The notes under the pieces: generated by a model
Told to the model about the DNA's origin: nothing
Databases searched by the model: none
Seen by the model: only the letters and a program-made list of their open reading frames with translations
Made by a program: the position numbers and the translations under genes
Shown: positions 28,148-36,921 of the stretch, piece by piece
How the letters are laid out: each line of letters starts with the position of its first letter
How positions within the stretch are numbered: the stretch's first letter is position 1
Source: a virus
DNA length: 64,000 bases
Direction: 5' to 3' (one strand)
Virus record (IMG/VR): IMGVR_UViG_3300020190_000042
Location: 11,227-75,226 of that record

Positions 28148-28563
28148 CTTTTACACAAGAAACAAAGCCATGTCTCTGGTCTCGTGAGCACGTCATTGAG
28201 AATCTTCCGGTCTGGATTTACTCTGACAATCCTGAGCCCACGTCGATCTCTGAATGCAAAGCTAAAGTCTCAGCCATTGAGTACACCATTCGGGACATCG
28301 AACTTCAAATCGAGGTGCGCGAATTGGAGTTACAGACCGGTAATAGCCGGCACACTTCTAATTTTGACTTTCAAAAATGGCGTACCCAAGCTCTGCGAGC
28401 TAAACAAACGCATCTGTATTTGTTAAACGCCTACAAGTATTGGCTTTTGCTTAACGAGCGCGAAAAACTGAGCGATAACGTGGAGCATAAGCTTCAACAA
28501 GTTATTAAACTTCTAATTGAGGAGCCAAAAGACTTCGTAACCCAGCTTGAAGCACTGCTTTGA
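28144..28563 (+). CDS. Hypothetical coiled-coil protein
   Basis: ATGA-coupled ORF. Confidence 0.7.
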   Translation: MTFTQETKPCLWSREHVIENLPVWIYSDNPEPTSISECKAKVSAIEYTIRDIELQIEVRELELQTGNSRHTSNFDFQKWRTQALRAKQTHLYLLNAYKYWLLLNEREKLSDNVEHKLQQVIKLLIEEPKDFVTQLEALL

Positions 28564-28985
28564 TCTGTATAAGAAATAAGTATCACCATAAAACAGACAC
28601 GGTGTGTGAAGATTGCTTGAAAACAATCGACGAACCACCGTGTAAGCCAGATTTAAATCAAATGTCACCTGAACTACGAGCCCTTTTTGTTCAACTAACT
28701 GCTCAACACCACGATTTAACTGAGTGTTGGCGTTCTAGTTACACAAACATTCATATAAAAAACAGAAAATTACGTATACAGAACCTGCTTTATGCCTTTT
28801 ATAAAGGCGATATCGGAAATTTCAAACTAAAACGCATCTGCAACACCATAGATTGCGTCAATCCTGCGCACCACAGGTCTCGATTTGAGTCACCGAATGT
28901 TTTTAAATCTGTACGCGCCGGTTTTCAACGCAAAATAACAAAGCTAGCTGATTTATTAGACTCACAATGGTTACAGCAGCCTTAA
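28560..28985 (+). CDS. Degenerate HNH Zn-loop protein
   Basis: CEDC; ECW; LLYAFYKGDIG; KRICNTIDCVNPAH. Confidence 0.7.
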   Translation: MICIRNKYHHKTDTVCEDCLKTIDEPPCKPDLNQMSPELRALFVQLTAQHHDLTECWRSSYTNIHIKNRKLRIQNLLYAFYKGDIGNFKLKRICNTIDCVNPAHHRSRFESPNVFKSVRAGFQRKITKLADLLDSQWLQQP

Positions 28986-29128
28986 ACTGTGACTACTGGC
29001 TCTTGTAAGAAAGGTCTGGTGCCAGTACCGTGGGGGCGCATACCGTTTTCACCTTTTCCGGTGTGCCGTAAGCGATCCGGAGTGCTTGGCGCTAAGTGCT
29101 CAGGCGGCCCTCACATTATTTCTTTAAG

Positions 29129-29437
29129 ATGATCAACAAAGAAACACTTGATCTGCTACGAAGCATCGACACAAGTCTGCAAATAATCGCAAACTCAAAG
29201 TCATCGAACATAACCACGGCGTTTGTCAATAAAAAAGCGGTCGCTGCTCGGTTAGGGGTTTCTCCAGTAACGATCGACAAACTGATTTATCAAGGAATCA
29301 CATCTAAAGGTTCGTCTGGTTTAGTGGAGGGGCGTCACTACTGCAAACTTGATCCTTCGGAAAGCAACACAAGTAATTTTTTGTTCGATAGCGCTAAAGT
29401 GCTACAGGATGCTTGGACCTCTTTTACAGGTTATTAA
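29129..29437 (+). CDS. Excisionase/MerR-like HTH protein
   Basis: FVNKKAVAARLGVSPVTIDKL...LVEGRHY. Confidence 0.7.
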   Translation: MINKETLDLLRSIDTSLQIIANSKSSNITTAFVNKKAVAARLGVSPVTIDKLIYQGITSKGSSGLVEGRHYCKLDPSESNTSNFLFDSAKVLQDAWTSFTGY

Positions 29438-29438
29438 A

Positions 29439-29858
29439 ATGCCGAAAAGCAACACAGCTAACAACCTCGCCAAAAAGATCTTTAGCAAGAGCGAAGTTCA
29501 GAATCAAATCGCCGTCAACGTCGTCAAGATGATCGTGGGCGATATCGTAACGCTCTACGAAGAATTTAGAAGTGCAGAGGGTTTAGGGGCACTTTTTTTT
29601 AATCCGATTGCTCCTGAGAACAGTTCTTATATGACCATAAAAGACATTAAGAACGACATAATTCTTGCGGAGGAAATAATGGATGAAGACTTAAAAGACT
29701 TCTTAAAAAAATTACTGAATATTGTTGATAAGGAACAAGATAACAAGCAAGCGATTGTTATCCTCATCAACAACCAAACGATGAGTATTCATCTAATCGA
29801 TCTAAATTCTGTCGACACTCAAATTAAAGAACTTGTAGATGCCCTTAGCCGCGATTGA
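29439..29858 (+). CDS. Hypothetical protein
   Basis: ATG directly after the previous stop. Confidence 0.7.
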   Translation: MPKSNTANNLAKKIFSKSEVQNQIAVNVVKMIVGDIVTLYEEFRSAEGLGALFFNPIAPENSSYMTIKDIKNDIILAEEIMDEDLKDFLKKLLNIVDKEQDNKQAIVILINNQTMSIHLIDLNSVDTQIKELVDALSRD

Positions 29859-30417
29859 TTTTGTATCTCCGCCGGAAGTTGTTGGCGTAACGACTTCATT
29901 TTTTAATGGGTCTATTGATTTAGACCCAGCGTCGAGTGAAGACGCAAATACTTTAATTAACGCCAATCGATTTTTCACGCACGAACACAACGGTTTAGTC
30001 CAGGATTGGCGCGGTAAGAACGTTTATCTTTATCCACCACGCGATGTTTTGCTTTCGGGGGAACAACCAAAAGAGGTTTTGTTGTTTAACCGTCGCCGAA
30101 GATTTCAAAAGTCAGCTCAGCGAGTGTGGCTCGAAGAGTGTCTTAGACGTTATCGAAAAGCTGAATTTGACGAAGCAATCATTTTTTTAACTTCTTCGCA
30201 AGTTGCGTTATTAGTTACGCAGAAGTTAAATATTGATCTGCCTATGTGCGTACTGAAGCATCACCCTAATTTGCACTTAGATAGTCCTGGATTACCAAAA
30301 CTAGAGAGCACTCGATGCCTTGGTTTTGTTTTATATTTACCTTCTCCTTTTAATACAGAAGAAAGGATTATGGAATTCGCTAGGTTATATAGTCAGCTGG
30401 GCCGTGTATATTGCTGA
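29839..30417 (+). CDS. Phage Dam-like N6-adenine methyltransferase homologue with altered catalytic motif
   Basis: SPPE...IDLDPASS..AN....RFFT...NGL.QDW.G.NVYLYPPR (family norm NPPY). Confidence 0.75.
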   Translation: MPLAAIDFVSPPEVVGVTTSFFNGSIDLDPASSEDANTLINANRFFTHEHNGLVQDWRGKNVYLYPPRDVLLSGEQPKEVLLFNRRRRFQKSAQRVWLEECLRRYRKAEFDEAIIFLTSSQVALLVTQKLNIDLPMCVLKHHPNLHLDSPGLPKLESTRCLGFVLYLPSPFNTEERIMEFARLYSQLGRVYC

Positions 30418-30682
30418 GTGATTCGACCGTACCGTAGGTATTGTCCGGTCCGTAAGAATCGCGGTTTGCAAATCCAAGGCCCACGGGGGTGTTCTTCATC
30501 TGAGCGAACGTGCGCTCGCGGCGCAAACGTTTTTGTCTTTCATCTGAGCTTTCCGCCCAGACTTGTCCCGCTAAACGAATTACGTTTCGGCTGCGATACC
30601 GATAGTCGTGTTTAGCAAAGGGCGCCTCCCCGTGGAAGCGAATTTTACGTTCGTGCCCAGATTCCCTAATGGAATCAGACAT
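30380..30682 (-). CDS. Hypothetical basic protein
   Basis: Last gene of a minus-strand run. Confidence 0.65.
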   Translation of the reverse strand: MSDSIRESGHERKIRFHGEAPFAKHDYRYRSRNVIRLAGQVWAESSDERQKRLRRERTFAQMKNTPVGLGFANRDSYGPDNTYGTVESLSNIHGPADYIT

Positions 30683-31223
30683 TGTACGTATATAACTGAC
30701 GGAAAGAGTCTACATCGCTAGTTACAGTAGGAGGCTTTTTAGCTAACTCCATGTAAGTCGGATCATAGAGTTTATTGAAAGCCGGTTTACTGGCAATAGC
30801 TTCAAAGCCAATTACTGGCGCTGCCAGAGCTTCATAGAGACGAGATTGAGCTTTAGTCGACGCTTTATCCATGCCTGCGGTGTATTCGCCTGCGCTGCCA
30901 CGGAGCACATCGGCTAACAGATTTATAGAACTACCCGGTGTTTGAATATCTAAAACTCCGGGACGGAAATACTTTTGCTTCGCCTCGTATTCACCTTTAA
31001 GCGCAGGAACTCCGACAGCAAAACGTTTTTCGTATTCGGTCCGAGCTTCCGTGCCGGTACGACCGAAAATTTTATCTAATTCCGCTTGCGAAGTTTCGCG
31101 CTTAGCTTCGTAAGTTTCAGCCCGAGCAAGAACATCTTTCGCAAGTTCTTTCTGTTTATCTAAAGCATCATTTACGGCACTACGTGCCATGGCAGCGTAA
31201 TCAGGTTGTTGCCGAGCGCCCAT
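30675..31223 (-). CDS. Hypothetical (putative virion) protein
   Basis: Helical 182-aa protein following the muramidase. Confidence 0.7.
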   Translation of the reverse strand: MGARQQPDYAAMARSAVNDALDKQKELAKDVLARAETYEAKRETSQAELDKIFGRTGTEARTEYEKRFAVGVPALKGEYEAKQKYFRPGVLDIQTPGSSINLLADVLRGSAGEYTAGMDKASTKAQSRLYEALAAPVIGFEAIASKPAFNKLYDPTYMELAKKPPTVTSDVDSFRQLYTYNV

Positions 31224-31225
31224 TG

Positions 31226-32575
31226 TTAAAACACTGGTTGTCCTTTAGCCAGTCTATCGCGAATTTGATAGCCTATCTTCAAAACTTCAGGACTGGTCTT
31301 GTTCTCACCTGGATTATAGAAATCAGCGGAAACGTGAGCTCCAGTAGTAGAACCACTGCGACCTTGTGTACCGATAAATGTTCCGGGATCAATAACGGCG
31401 CCAGGTTTTAGACCGGGATTAAGTTTATCGAAATGAGCCAGACGCACATCGAATGCTCGTCCCGTCTGCGGGTCGACGCCACGGAGATCGACGTAATTCC
31501 CGTAGCCTCTACGGCCTGGACCTTTTTCTAAATTAGTTTCCCAAGGATCGTTAACTACCTTTAAAACTTGGGCTTTAAATGGGAGGTTGAATGCCGCCCC
31601 ACGACCGCCGGGAATCACAAAGTCAAATCCTGGCTCACCAGAAGTATCAACGGCAGAGGTGATTTGAACCCCCGGAATTGTTGTTCCTCCAGAAGGAGTC
31701 AGTGCCCCGGTGGACATAGGCTGAGCACCTATGGATTTATTTAGCTGACTTTCTAAAGCTTCAGCTTGTTGGTTGAAAACTTTTTCGGTTAATTTTGCCT
31801 GCAGAATTTGTGTTGCTAAGGCTGTTGGATCAGCGTTCGGCGTTACAGATTCCATCGAAGCCGATAAGGCTTCAGCTCGATACTTTTCAGCTAAGTCAGT
31901 AATACCCTGTTCATCTAAAGCATTAGCTAGCTCTAAGTATTTAGTTGCTTGATCCCCCGTCGATGCGGGCTGTTCTGTTTTGGTAGCAAACTCACTAACA
32001 ATATTTTTAAGCGCTCCTTTGAAATCAAATCGAGGTATAGAAACCGGACTTACAGAAGAAGTTTCGGTTGTACTCTGATCCTGAACTACGGGACTGGGTA
32101 CGCGCCCGTAAACCTCCTGAATCGAACTTAAGGATTTGACGGGCTGACCATAATAGCTTTTACCCGATTCAGTCGGGAAAGATGCCCACGCGGGGGATAA
32201 AGCGGCGGCAACTCGTGGACTTAACCCCTCTTGCTTTAAAGCAGCGAGACCGCCAATCTTCATCAGCTTGTCCCGAGCCAAAGCCAAGGCGGCAATATCC
32301 TGCTCTTTGGGTCCGAAAGAGCCCAGTCCTAATCGAGACGCATAAGAACCCCAGGTATAAGGCATGAACTGATATGCACCTGCCGCTGCGCTCTTATATC
32401 CCCCGCTAGAAATAACAGTATCGGGGTGCTTACTCAGATCGCTAAAAGTGCCGCCACCAAACATAGTTTGGTAACCTTTAGGTCCTGCAGTCCCTTCAGC
32501 AAAACGAATCGCCTGTAATAACCGCTGCCCCTCAGGAGTCTGGCGAAACTGTTCCAGTAATTGCCGCTCATTCAT
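31226..32575 (-). CDS. Virion-associated muramidase (lambda R/GH104-like) with C-terminal M23-like domain
   Basis: AIRFAEGT...FGG..FSDLSKHP...AAGAYQF...TW...F.P..QD; GYGNYV...AHF...QGRSGSTTGAH. Confidence 0.85.
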   Translation of the reverse strand: MNERQLLEQFRQTPEGQRLLQAIRFAEGTAGPKGYQTMFGGGTFSDLSKHPDTVISSGGYKSAAAGAYQFMPYTWGSYASRLGLGSFGPKEQDIAALALARDKLMKIGGLAALKQEGLSPRVAAALSPAWASFPTESGKSYYGQPVKSLSSIQEVYGRVPSPVVQDQSTTETSSVSPVSIPRFDFKGALKNIVSEFATKTEQPASTGDQATKYLELANALDEQGITDLAEKYRAEALSASMESVTPNADPTALATQILQAKLTEKVFNQQAEALESQLNKSIGAQPMSTGALTPSGGTTIPGVQITSAVDTSGEPGFDFVIPGGRGAAFNLPFKAQVLKVVNDPWETNLEKGPGRRGYGNYVDLRGVDPQTGRAFDVRLAHFDKLNPGLKPGAVIDPGTFIGTQGRSGSTTGAHVSADFYNPGENKTSPEVLKIGYQIRDRLAKGQPVF

Positions 32576-32637
32576 CAGGTATTACTGGAACTAAATTTCC
32601 AATAACTTAGTTTAAATGATCCTGACTAAAGAAGAAC

Positions 32638-32889
32638 TTATTCCTCTGCGTCAAGCTCATCATCAAATAAACTCATGTTGGTATCCATAGCAATACCAAC
32701 CTCACTCATTACAGTTTTATAAGCCCGTTCGCGACAAATTAACTTAAATACCGTGGCCCACAGAAACTGATCGCGGTCTTTGTCCTTCAGTGAGTGAGCC
32801 GTGGTGCGGATACGGGTCAGAACAAATTCATCTTCGAGAGTAAGCCCGCAATCAAGGCTTTGAGACTCATTTGACTTACGGGAAGCCAT
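32638..32889 (-). CDS. nblA: NblA-like phycobilisome degradation adaptor (copy 2)
   Basis: LTLEDEFVLTRIRTTAHSLKDKDRDQFLWATVFKLICRERAYKTVM aligns with NblA LSLEQQF...FL..L...M..RE..Y..L. Confidence 0.65.
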   Translation of the reverse strand: MASRKSNESQSLDCGLTLEDEFVLTRIRTTAHSLKDKDRDQFLWATVFKLICRERAYKTVMSEVGIAMDTNMSLFDDELDAEE

Positions 32890-32974
32890 CGCGGTGAGCC
32901 GACTAATTAAAGTCTAGCTCTACTCACAAAAAAGCTCTTAAAGTTATAGCACAGAATGTCTTAATCGTTCTGTA

Positions 32975-33223
32975 TCACCAGTTTTTGCAGCTCCAATAGC
33001 CTGGAGTTAACTTACTCTTTTTCTCGTCACAGCTATGCCTAGATCTAAACGCAGCGCGTCGTTTAGGATCATCGCTACGATTTTCCATATTCGGATCACC
33101 AAAGCGAACTAAACGAACAGTATCGCCTTCTTTAGCCGCCACGGAGTATTCCTTACCGCTCTGAACGTCACGCTTGGGCTGGTTATACCTTTTGAAAACT
33201 TCTCCTGCGATACGAATTGTCAT
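32975..33223 (-). CDS. Conserved small basic phage protein
   Basis: RLVRFGDPNM...RRAAFRSRHSC...GYWSCKNW. Confidence 0.8.
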   Translation of the reverse strand: MTIRIAGEVFKRYNQPKRDVQSGKEYSVAAKEGDTVRLVRFGDPNMENRSDDPKRRAAFRSRHSCDEKKSKLTPGYWSCKNW

Positions 33224-33350
33224 AGAACTAAACGCTGCAATTTAATATTAGCCGACCGAAAAATAAAGAACACCTTTAATCGGATAAGACTGAGCGTGCA
33301 CAGAAGAAACAGAGCTAATATACAACCGTCACATTTTCTCCGCATATACA

Positions 33351-33620
33351 ATGTCGGACGGTAAAGCACTTCTTACCATCGCTGAAACCGCTGAACTTCT
33401 TAACTGCAGCTCCGGCTTTGTGCGTAAGCGCATCGCGCTGTCTGAAGCTAATCAGCCTGGCGGGTGGCCCAAATCTGTGTACGTGAACCTGCAACCTAAC
33501 GGTGCAAAATCTCTGTACCGGGTAAACAAAACTGCGCTCGAAGAGTATCTCCAAAGTTCCCCTACCGCTAAAGTGGAGGCAGAAGAAACTCCGATGGCGG
33601 CTGTTGCCTGCACTTTCTGA
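33351..33620 (+). CDS. Excisionase-like HTH (HTH_17) protein
   Basis: LLTIAETAELLNCSSGFVRKRI...YRVNKTALEEYL. Confidence 0.8.
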   Translation: MSDGKALLTIAETAELLNCSSGFVRKRIALSEANQPGGWPKSVYVNLQPNGAKSLYRVNKTALEEYLQSSPTAKVEAEETPMAAVACTF

Positions 33621-33621
33621 T

Positions 33622-34155
33622 ATGACGTTCTCCGGCTCTTTTGAGGCAGCTCCCACCCCTATGCCGGGTGAGGCAATCGTCATTATCGAAGAGCAGGAAT
33701 TGAAGCCTGTGGCCACGGCTGACGAGCTTATTAGTCAACTTGTGGCCCTCGCCTCTTATACCAATCAGCTGTATTTACAGGCTCACCTCATTCATCTGAA
33801 TGTGGAGGGGCCTATTTTTCTGCCGATCCACGAGTTCCTTAAAGAGCAGTACGATGCGCATATTGCGCAGTTCGATGCGCTGAGCGAGTTTGTTCGCTCA
33901 ATGGATTATTTAATGCCTATGTGCGCAAAAGGTCTTCAAGGCGCCTACAAAAACTTTAAGCACATTAAATCATACGAAGCCCGCGAGATGCTGACGGTGT
34001 ACGTCAAAAATCTCGAAGCTGCTGGTTTCATGGCTAAAGATGTCGGTATGACTGCTAAGGAAGTGCAAGCACCCGACATCGAAAATTACCTGGCGGAACT
34101 TGTGGGGATGATGTTCAAAGCTGCCTGGTTCCTCAAAGCGACTCTGCGCGATTAA
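33622..34155 (+). CDS. dps: Dps-family ferritin-like DNA-protecting protein
   Basis: HLIHLNVEGPIFLPIHEFLKEQY...DALSEFVR, KAAWFL; ferroxidase H, H, D, E retained. Confidence 0.88.
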   Translation: MTFSGSFEAAPTPMPGEAIVIIEEQELKPVATADELISQLVALASYTNQLYLQAHLIHLNVEGPIFLPIHEFLKEQYDAHIAQFDALSEFVRSMDYLMPMCAKGLQGAYKNFKHIKSYEAREMLTVYVKNLEAAGFMAKDVGMTAKEVQAPDIENYLAELVGMMFKAAWFLKATLRD

Positions 34156-34808
34156 ATTGCAGTCCAGGTATTAGAGAACTGAATATATAGACCCGCCGCG
34201 TAAACACCGGAGGTTTGTATTTGGTAAAACAAAGCTCCAGAACCATAACTGCTCGGACTAGGTAATCCGCTTAGTCCTATATCGGCACTTTTAACTGTGC
34301 CCGAGGCCAAGATCGCCCCTGACGCCAAAGTGGCTGTATTAGCTGTGATTGCTCCCGAGGCCAAGATCGCCCCTGACGCCAAAGTGGCTGTATTAGCTGT
34401 GATTGCTCCCGAAGCCAAGACAGCGCCGGAAGCTAATACTGCTACGTTTGCAATACCAGCAACGGAAGCTGAGTCTGCCGTGGTTGACGAATCAGAAAAA
34501 GACGCTCCGATCTTTTGCCACGCTGAGCCTGTCCAAACTTTTAAATAGTAAGCAGACGTAGAGCTGTCGGACCACAGTTCACCAACTGAGTTACCCGCTA
34601 CTCCAACGGGAGTTGAGTTAGGCGCCGTGGCCCCATAATGCGAGGGACCGATCTTCCTGATAGCACCAGCTGAGTCTTCGAAATAAAGCCCTGGATCGGC
34701 GGCACCCACTGCCATAGCCAGTTCACCGTTCTGAATAACAGTTCCGCTAGGGCGATCAGACGATTGACCGGAACGCTTTAAAAGAAGAACAACAGGTGTT
34801 GAAGTCAT
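34152..34808 (-). CDS. Tail fibre-like structural protein
   Basis: LLKRS...RP...GELA...GLYF.D..G...KIGP N-terminus; LASGA repeats. Confidence 0.75.
   Translation of the reverse strand: MTSTPVVLLLKRSGQSSDRPSGTVIQNGELAMAVGAADPGLYFEDSAGAIRKIGPSHYGATAPNSTPVGVAGNSVGELWSDSSTSAYYLKVWTGSAWQKIGASFSDSSTTADSASVAGIANVAVLASGAVLASGAITANTATLASGAILASGAITANTATLASGAILASGTVKSADIGLSGLPSPSSYGSGALFYQIQTSGVYAAGLYIQFSNTWTAI
34300..34412. repeat. Perfect 54-bp tandem duplication within the fibre gene
   Basis: CCCGAGGCCAAGATCGCCCCTGACGCCAAAGTGGCTGTATTAGCTGTGATTGCT at 34300 and 34354. Confidence 0.95.
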
Positions 34809-34809
34809 A

Positions 34810-36345
34810 TCAGTACGTACCGCCGTTGATCAACGAAGGGAATCCAGCGGGCGGAATTAAGACCCCGTTAGCATACTGCCCTCCAACAAAAGTGTTAATA
34901 GGTTGCGATACTAAAACCCCGTTGGCGTATGTACCGCCGTCATACACCTGAAGTTGATCGAAGTTAATCGGAGCGAATGGGTCGAATTCCTCGATGGTAA
35001 ACATCTCGAAATTCTCCGCCTCCATTGGCGTCAAAGAATTTATATTTCCAAAGTTCAGTGTTTTACCCATCATGTTGTACATGTCGGGGTACATCATGTG
35101 CGTAGGCATATCGTTTTTCGCAGGGCTATACCTCTGCCACCACACGAGATTTCGCTCGCGTTTAAAAAAGTCTGTCTGTTTAGCTAAATCAATTTCGAAT
35201 TTTTCTCTGTAATACTCGTTCATCGGTTCGTCGTTTGGTTGAGCTAACCACATCGATGTTGTAGTGGTCTGCCCAAATCGCAGCTGAAGATCCCACATAG
35301 CCGCATAAATATGCTTACACCAACGCGGCTGATAATAAAAAACGTTTGGATCTGAGTACACGGCTTCCGTATACTCAGGGATGTTATAAATTTCGTTTAG
35401 ATATATAAAACCAAATGTCCGAGCAAAACCAGGGTTGTCATTAGAAGGAACCTGCCGCACAGTCGAGTCGGGACCGGCATCGTAAAAACCTGGATTGGTA
35501 TTCTGGACTCGGGTAAACGGATATTTACGACGCAACGAGGCTTCATAAAGATTGAAACCTTCTCGGGCTAAGAAATCCGGGCAAGTGCATTGAGACCGCA
35601 TTTCGGTAGTCAAATATTCCCCGACTGCCGGAGGACCTGTAGCAGGAACTGCCATGGTCGTGGAATTAACCACGGCCCAGCTATTAGCTTCGGTATGGGA
35701 TAAAAACAGAGTATTAAATATGGGCAGAAAACCCGGAGCTTGAGGAACCCCGTTAATTCCTACAGCGGTAACCGTATAGTTGTTATATCCGTACGCTTTT
35801 TCTGTGCCGTCTGCGTTATATCTATTTGATAAAACTTCTCCAGCAAAGAATGAAATTGGTGCGCCAAAGTTAGAACTCAACCGAACCGCATAAGTGTTTG
35901 CGTCGTAATCAGTGACGGAAACGACCGAATAACCAAAATTCAGGAAGTTAAATGAATCCCTAGGTCGAATTCCAACCATCCACATGCGCATGTCTGCACG
36001 CGTGGTTGGATACATAAAAGCAATACCAGGCAAAAATGTCCCAACACCGGGAGCACCTGATACAAAATATTTAAAGCTATACGTCAGACCTTCATATGCT
36101 TGCTGCGAGTACATCGCAAGCTCATACCCACGTCTCCAACGAGCCCAAAGGGACGCGTAATCGTAGTCACTTAAAAGACTAAAGTTTTTAGTCCCCGTGA
36201 CAGGACGAAAGCGTCTTTTAAACGGTAGAGGACGTAATAATTCGCCTGCGTTATCAGAACCGCGAATCGTGCGAGGTTGATTTACAGGGTTAGTGGCTTT
36301 AAAATCTCGAAAGCCAAAATTATCAGATCCTCTTTTTCTTGCCAC
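34810..36345 (-). CDS. Putative structural protein with SWIM-type Zn-finger motif
   Basis: CTCPDF ... WCKHIYA; C-terminal GG.YANGVL repeats. Confidence 0.75.
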   Translation of the reverse strand: MARKRGSDNFGFRDFKATNPVNQPRTIRGSDNAGELLRPLPFKRRFRPVTGTKNFSLLSDYDYASLWARWRRGYELAMYSQQAYEGLTYSFKYFVSGAPGVGTFLPGIAFMYPTTRADMRMWMVGIRPRDSFNFLNFGYSVVSVTDYDANTYAVRLSSNFGAPISFFAGEVLSNRYNADGTEKAYGYNNYTVTAVGINGVPQAPGFLPIFNTLFLSHTEANSWAVVNSTTMAVPATGPPAVGEYLTTEMRSQCTCPDFLAREGFNLYEASLRRKYPFTRVQNTNPGFYDAGPDSTVRQVPSNDNPGFARTFGFIYLNEIYNIPEYTEAVYSDPNVFYYQPRWCKHIYAAMWDLQLRFGQTTTTSMWLAQPNDEPMNEYYREKFEIDLAKQTDFFKRERNLVWWQRYSPAKNDMPTHMMYPDMYNMMGKTLNFGNINSLTPMEAENFEMFTIEEFDPFAPINFDQLQVYDGGTYANGVLVSQPINTFVGGQYANGVLIPPAGFPSLINGGTY

Positions 36346-36348
36346 GTA

Positions 36349-36903
36349 TTAATAGAACCCGCCTTGGGCCCAGATCGTGATTCCGGAAGAGCTAAGACCG
36401 CCAGAAACAGAAGTAGGACCGTTGCCGAGATAGCCGGCGCAAAGGATATAACCTTTTTCAAGGTAAAGACCTTCTCCTTTACCGATTTGAATCGGAGCAA
36501 TGATGTTTGTGTCACCGGTTTTGGGCACCGGAGCATTAACAGCAAACAGCTGTACGGGAAGCGGATAACCAAAGGTACTTCCGCTCAGCCCCACCTCGAA
36601 ACGACCCACCATAAGAGCCGCCGACGTAGAAGGTGCGGCCTGGTTAGGAGCGTAAACGTAAAGCCCAATGTCAGCGGTTCGAATACCGCTCTTATCAGGG
36701 TAATCTTCGTTGCTAACAATCGTGATGTCCTCAACGAGAGCCGCGTCTTCTGAAGGCAGGTCACCCACGCGGACTAACTGAATCAGATCAGTCAGATTCG
36801 GGTTCGTCGGATCGCATTGTCCCGTGCCGCTGGTAATGCGCGCGCCGCGAAGAAACGGGCGGTCAATCAGACAGGGCTGCTTGTTTGTGCTAGTCGAGGC
36901 CAT
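36349..36903 (-). CDS. Putative virion structural protein
   Basis: MASTSTNKQP.LIDRP...AQGGFY; beta-rich; in the morphogenesis run. Confidence 0.7.
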   Translation of the reverse strand: MASTSTNKQPCLIDRPFLRGARITSGTGQCDPTNPNLTDLIQLVRVGDLPSEDAALVEDITIVSNEDYPDKSGIRTADIGLYVYAPNQAAPSTSAALMVGRFEVGLSGSTFGYPLPVQLFAVNAPVPKTGDTNIIAPIQIGKGEGLYLEKGYILCAGYLGNGPTSVSGGLSSSGITIWAQGGFY

Positions 36904-36921
36904 TGTATGCGCTCTGTAATA

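Noticed and set aside
33315-33716. 133-aa minus-strand ORF
   Set aside because: Antisense to the recognisable Xis-like HTH and Dps genes
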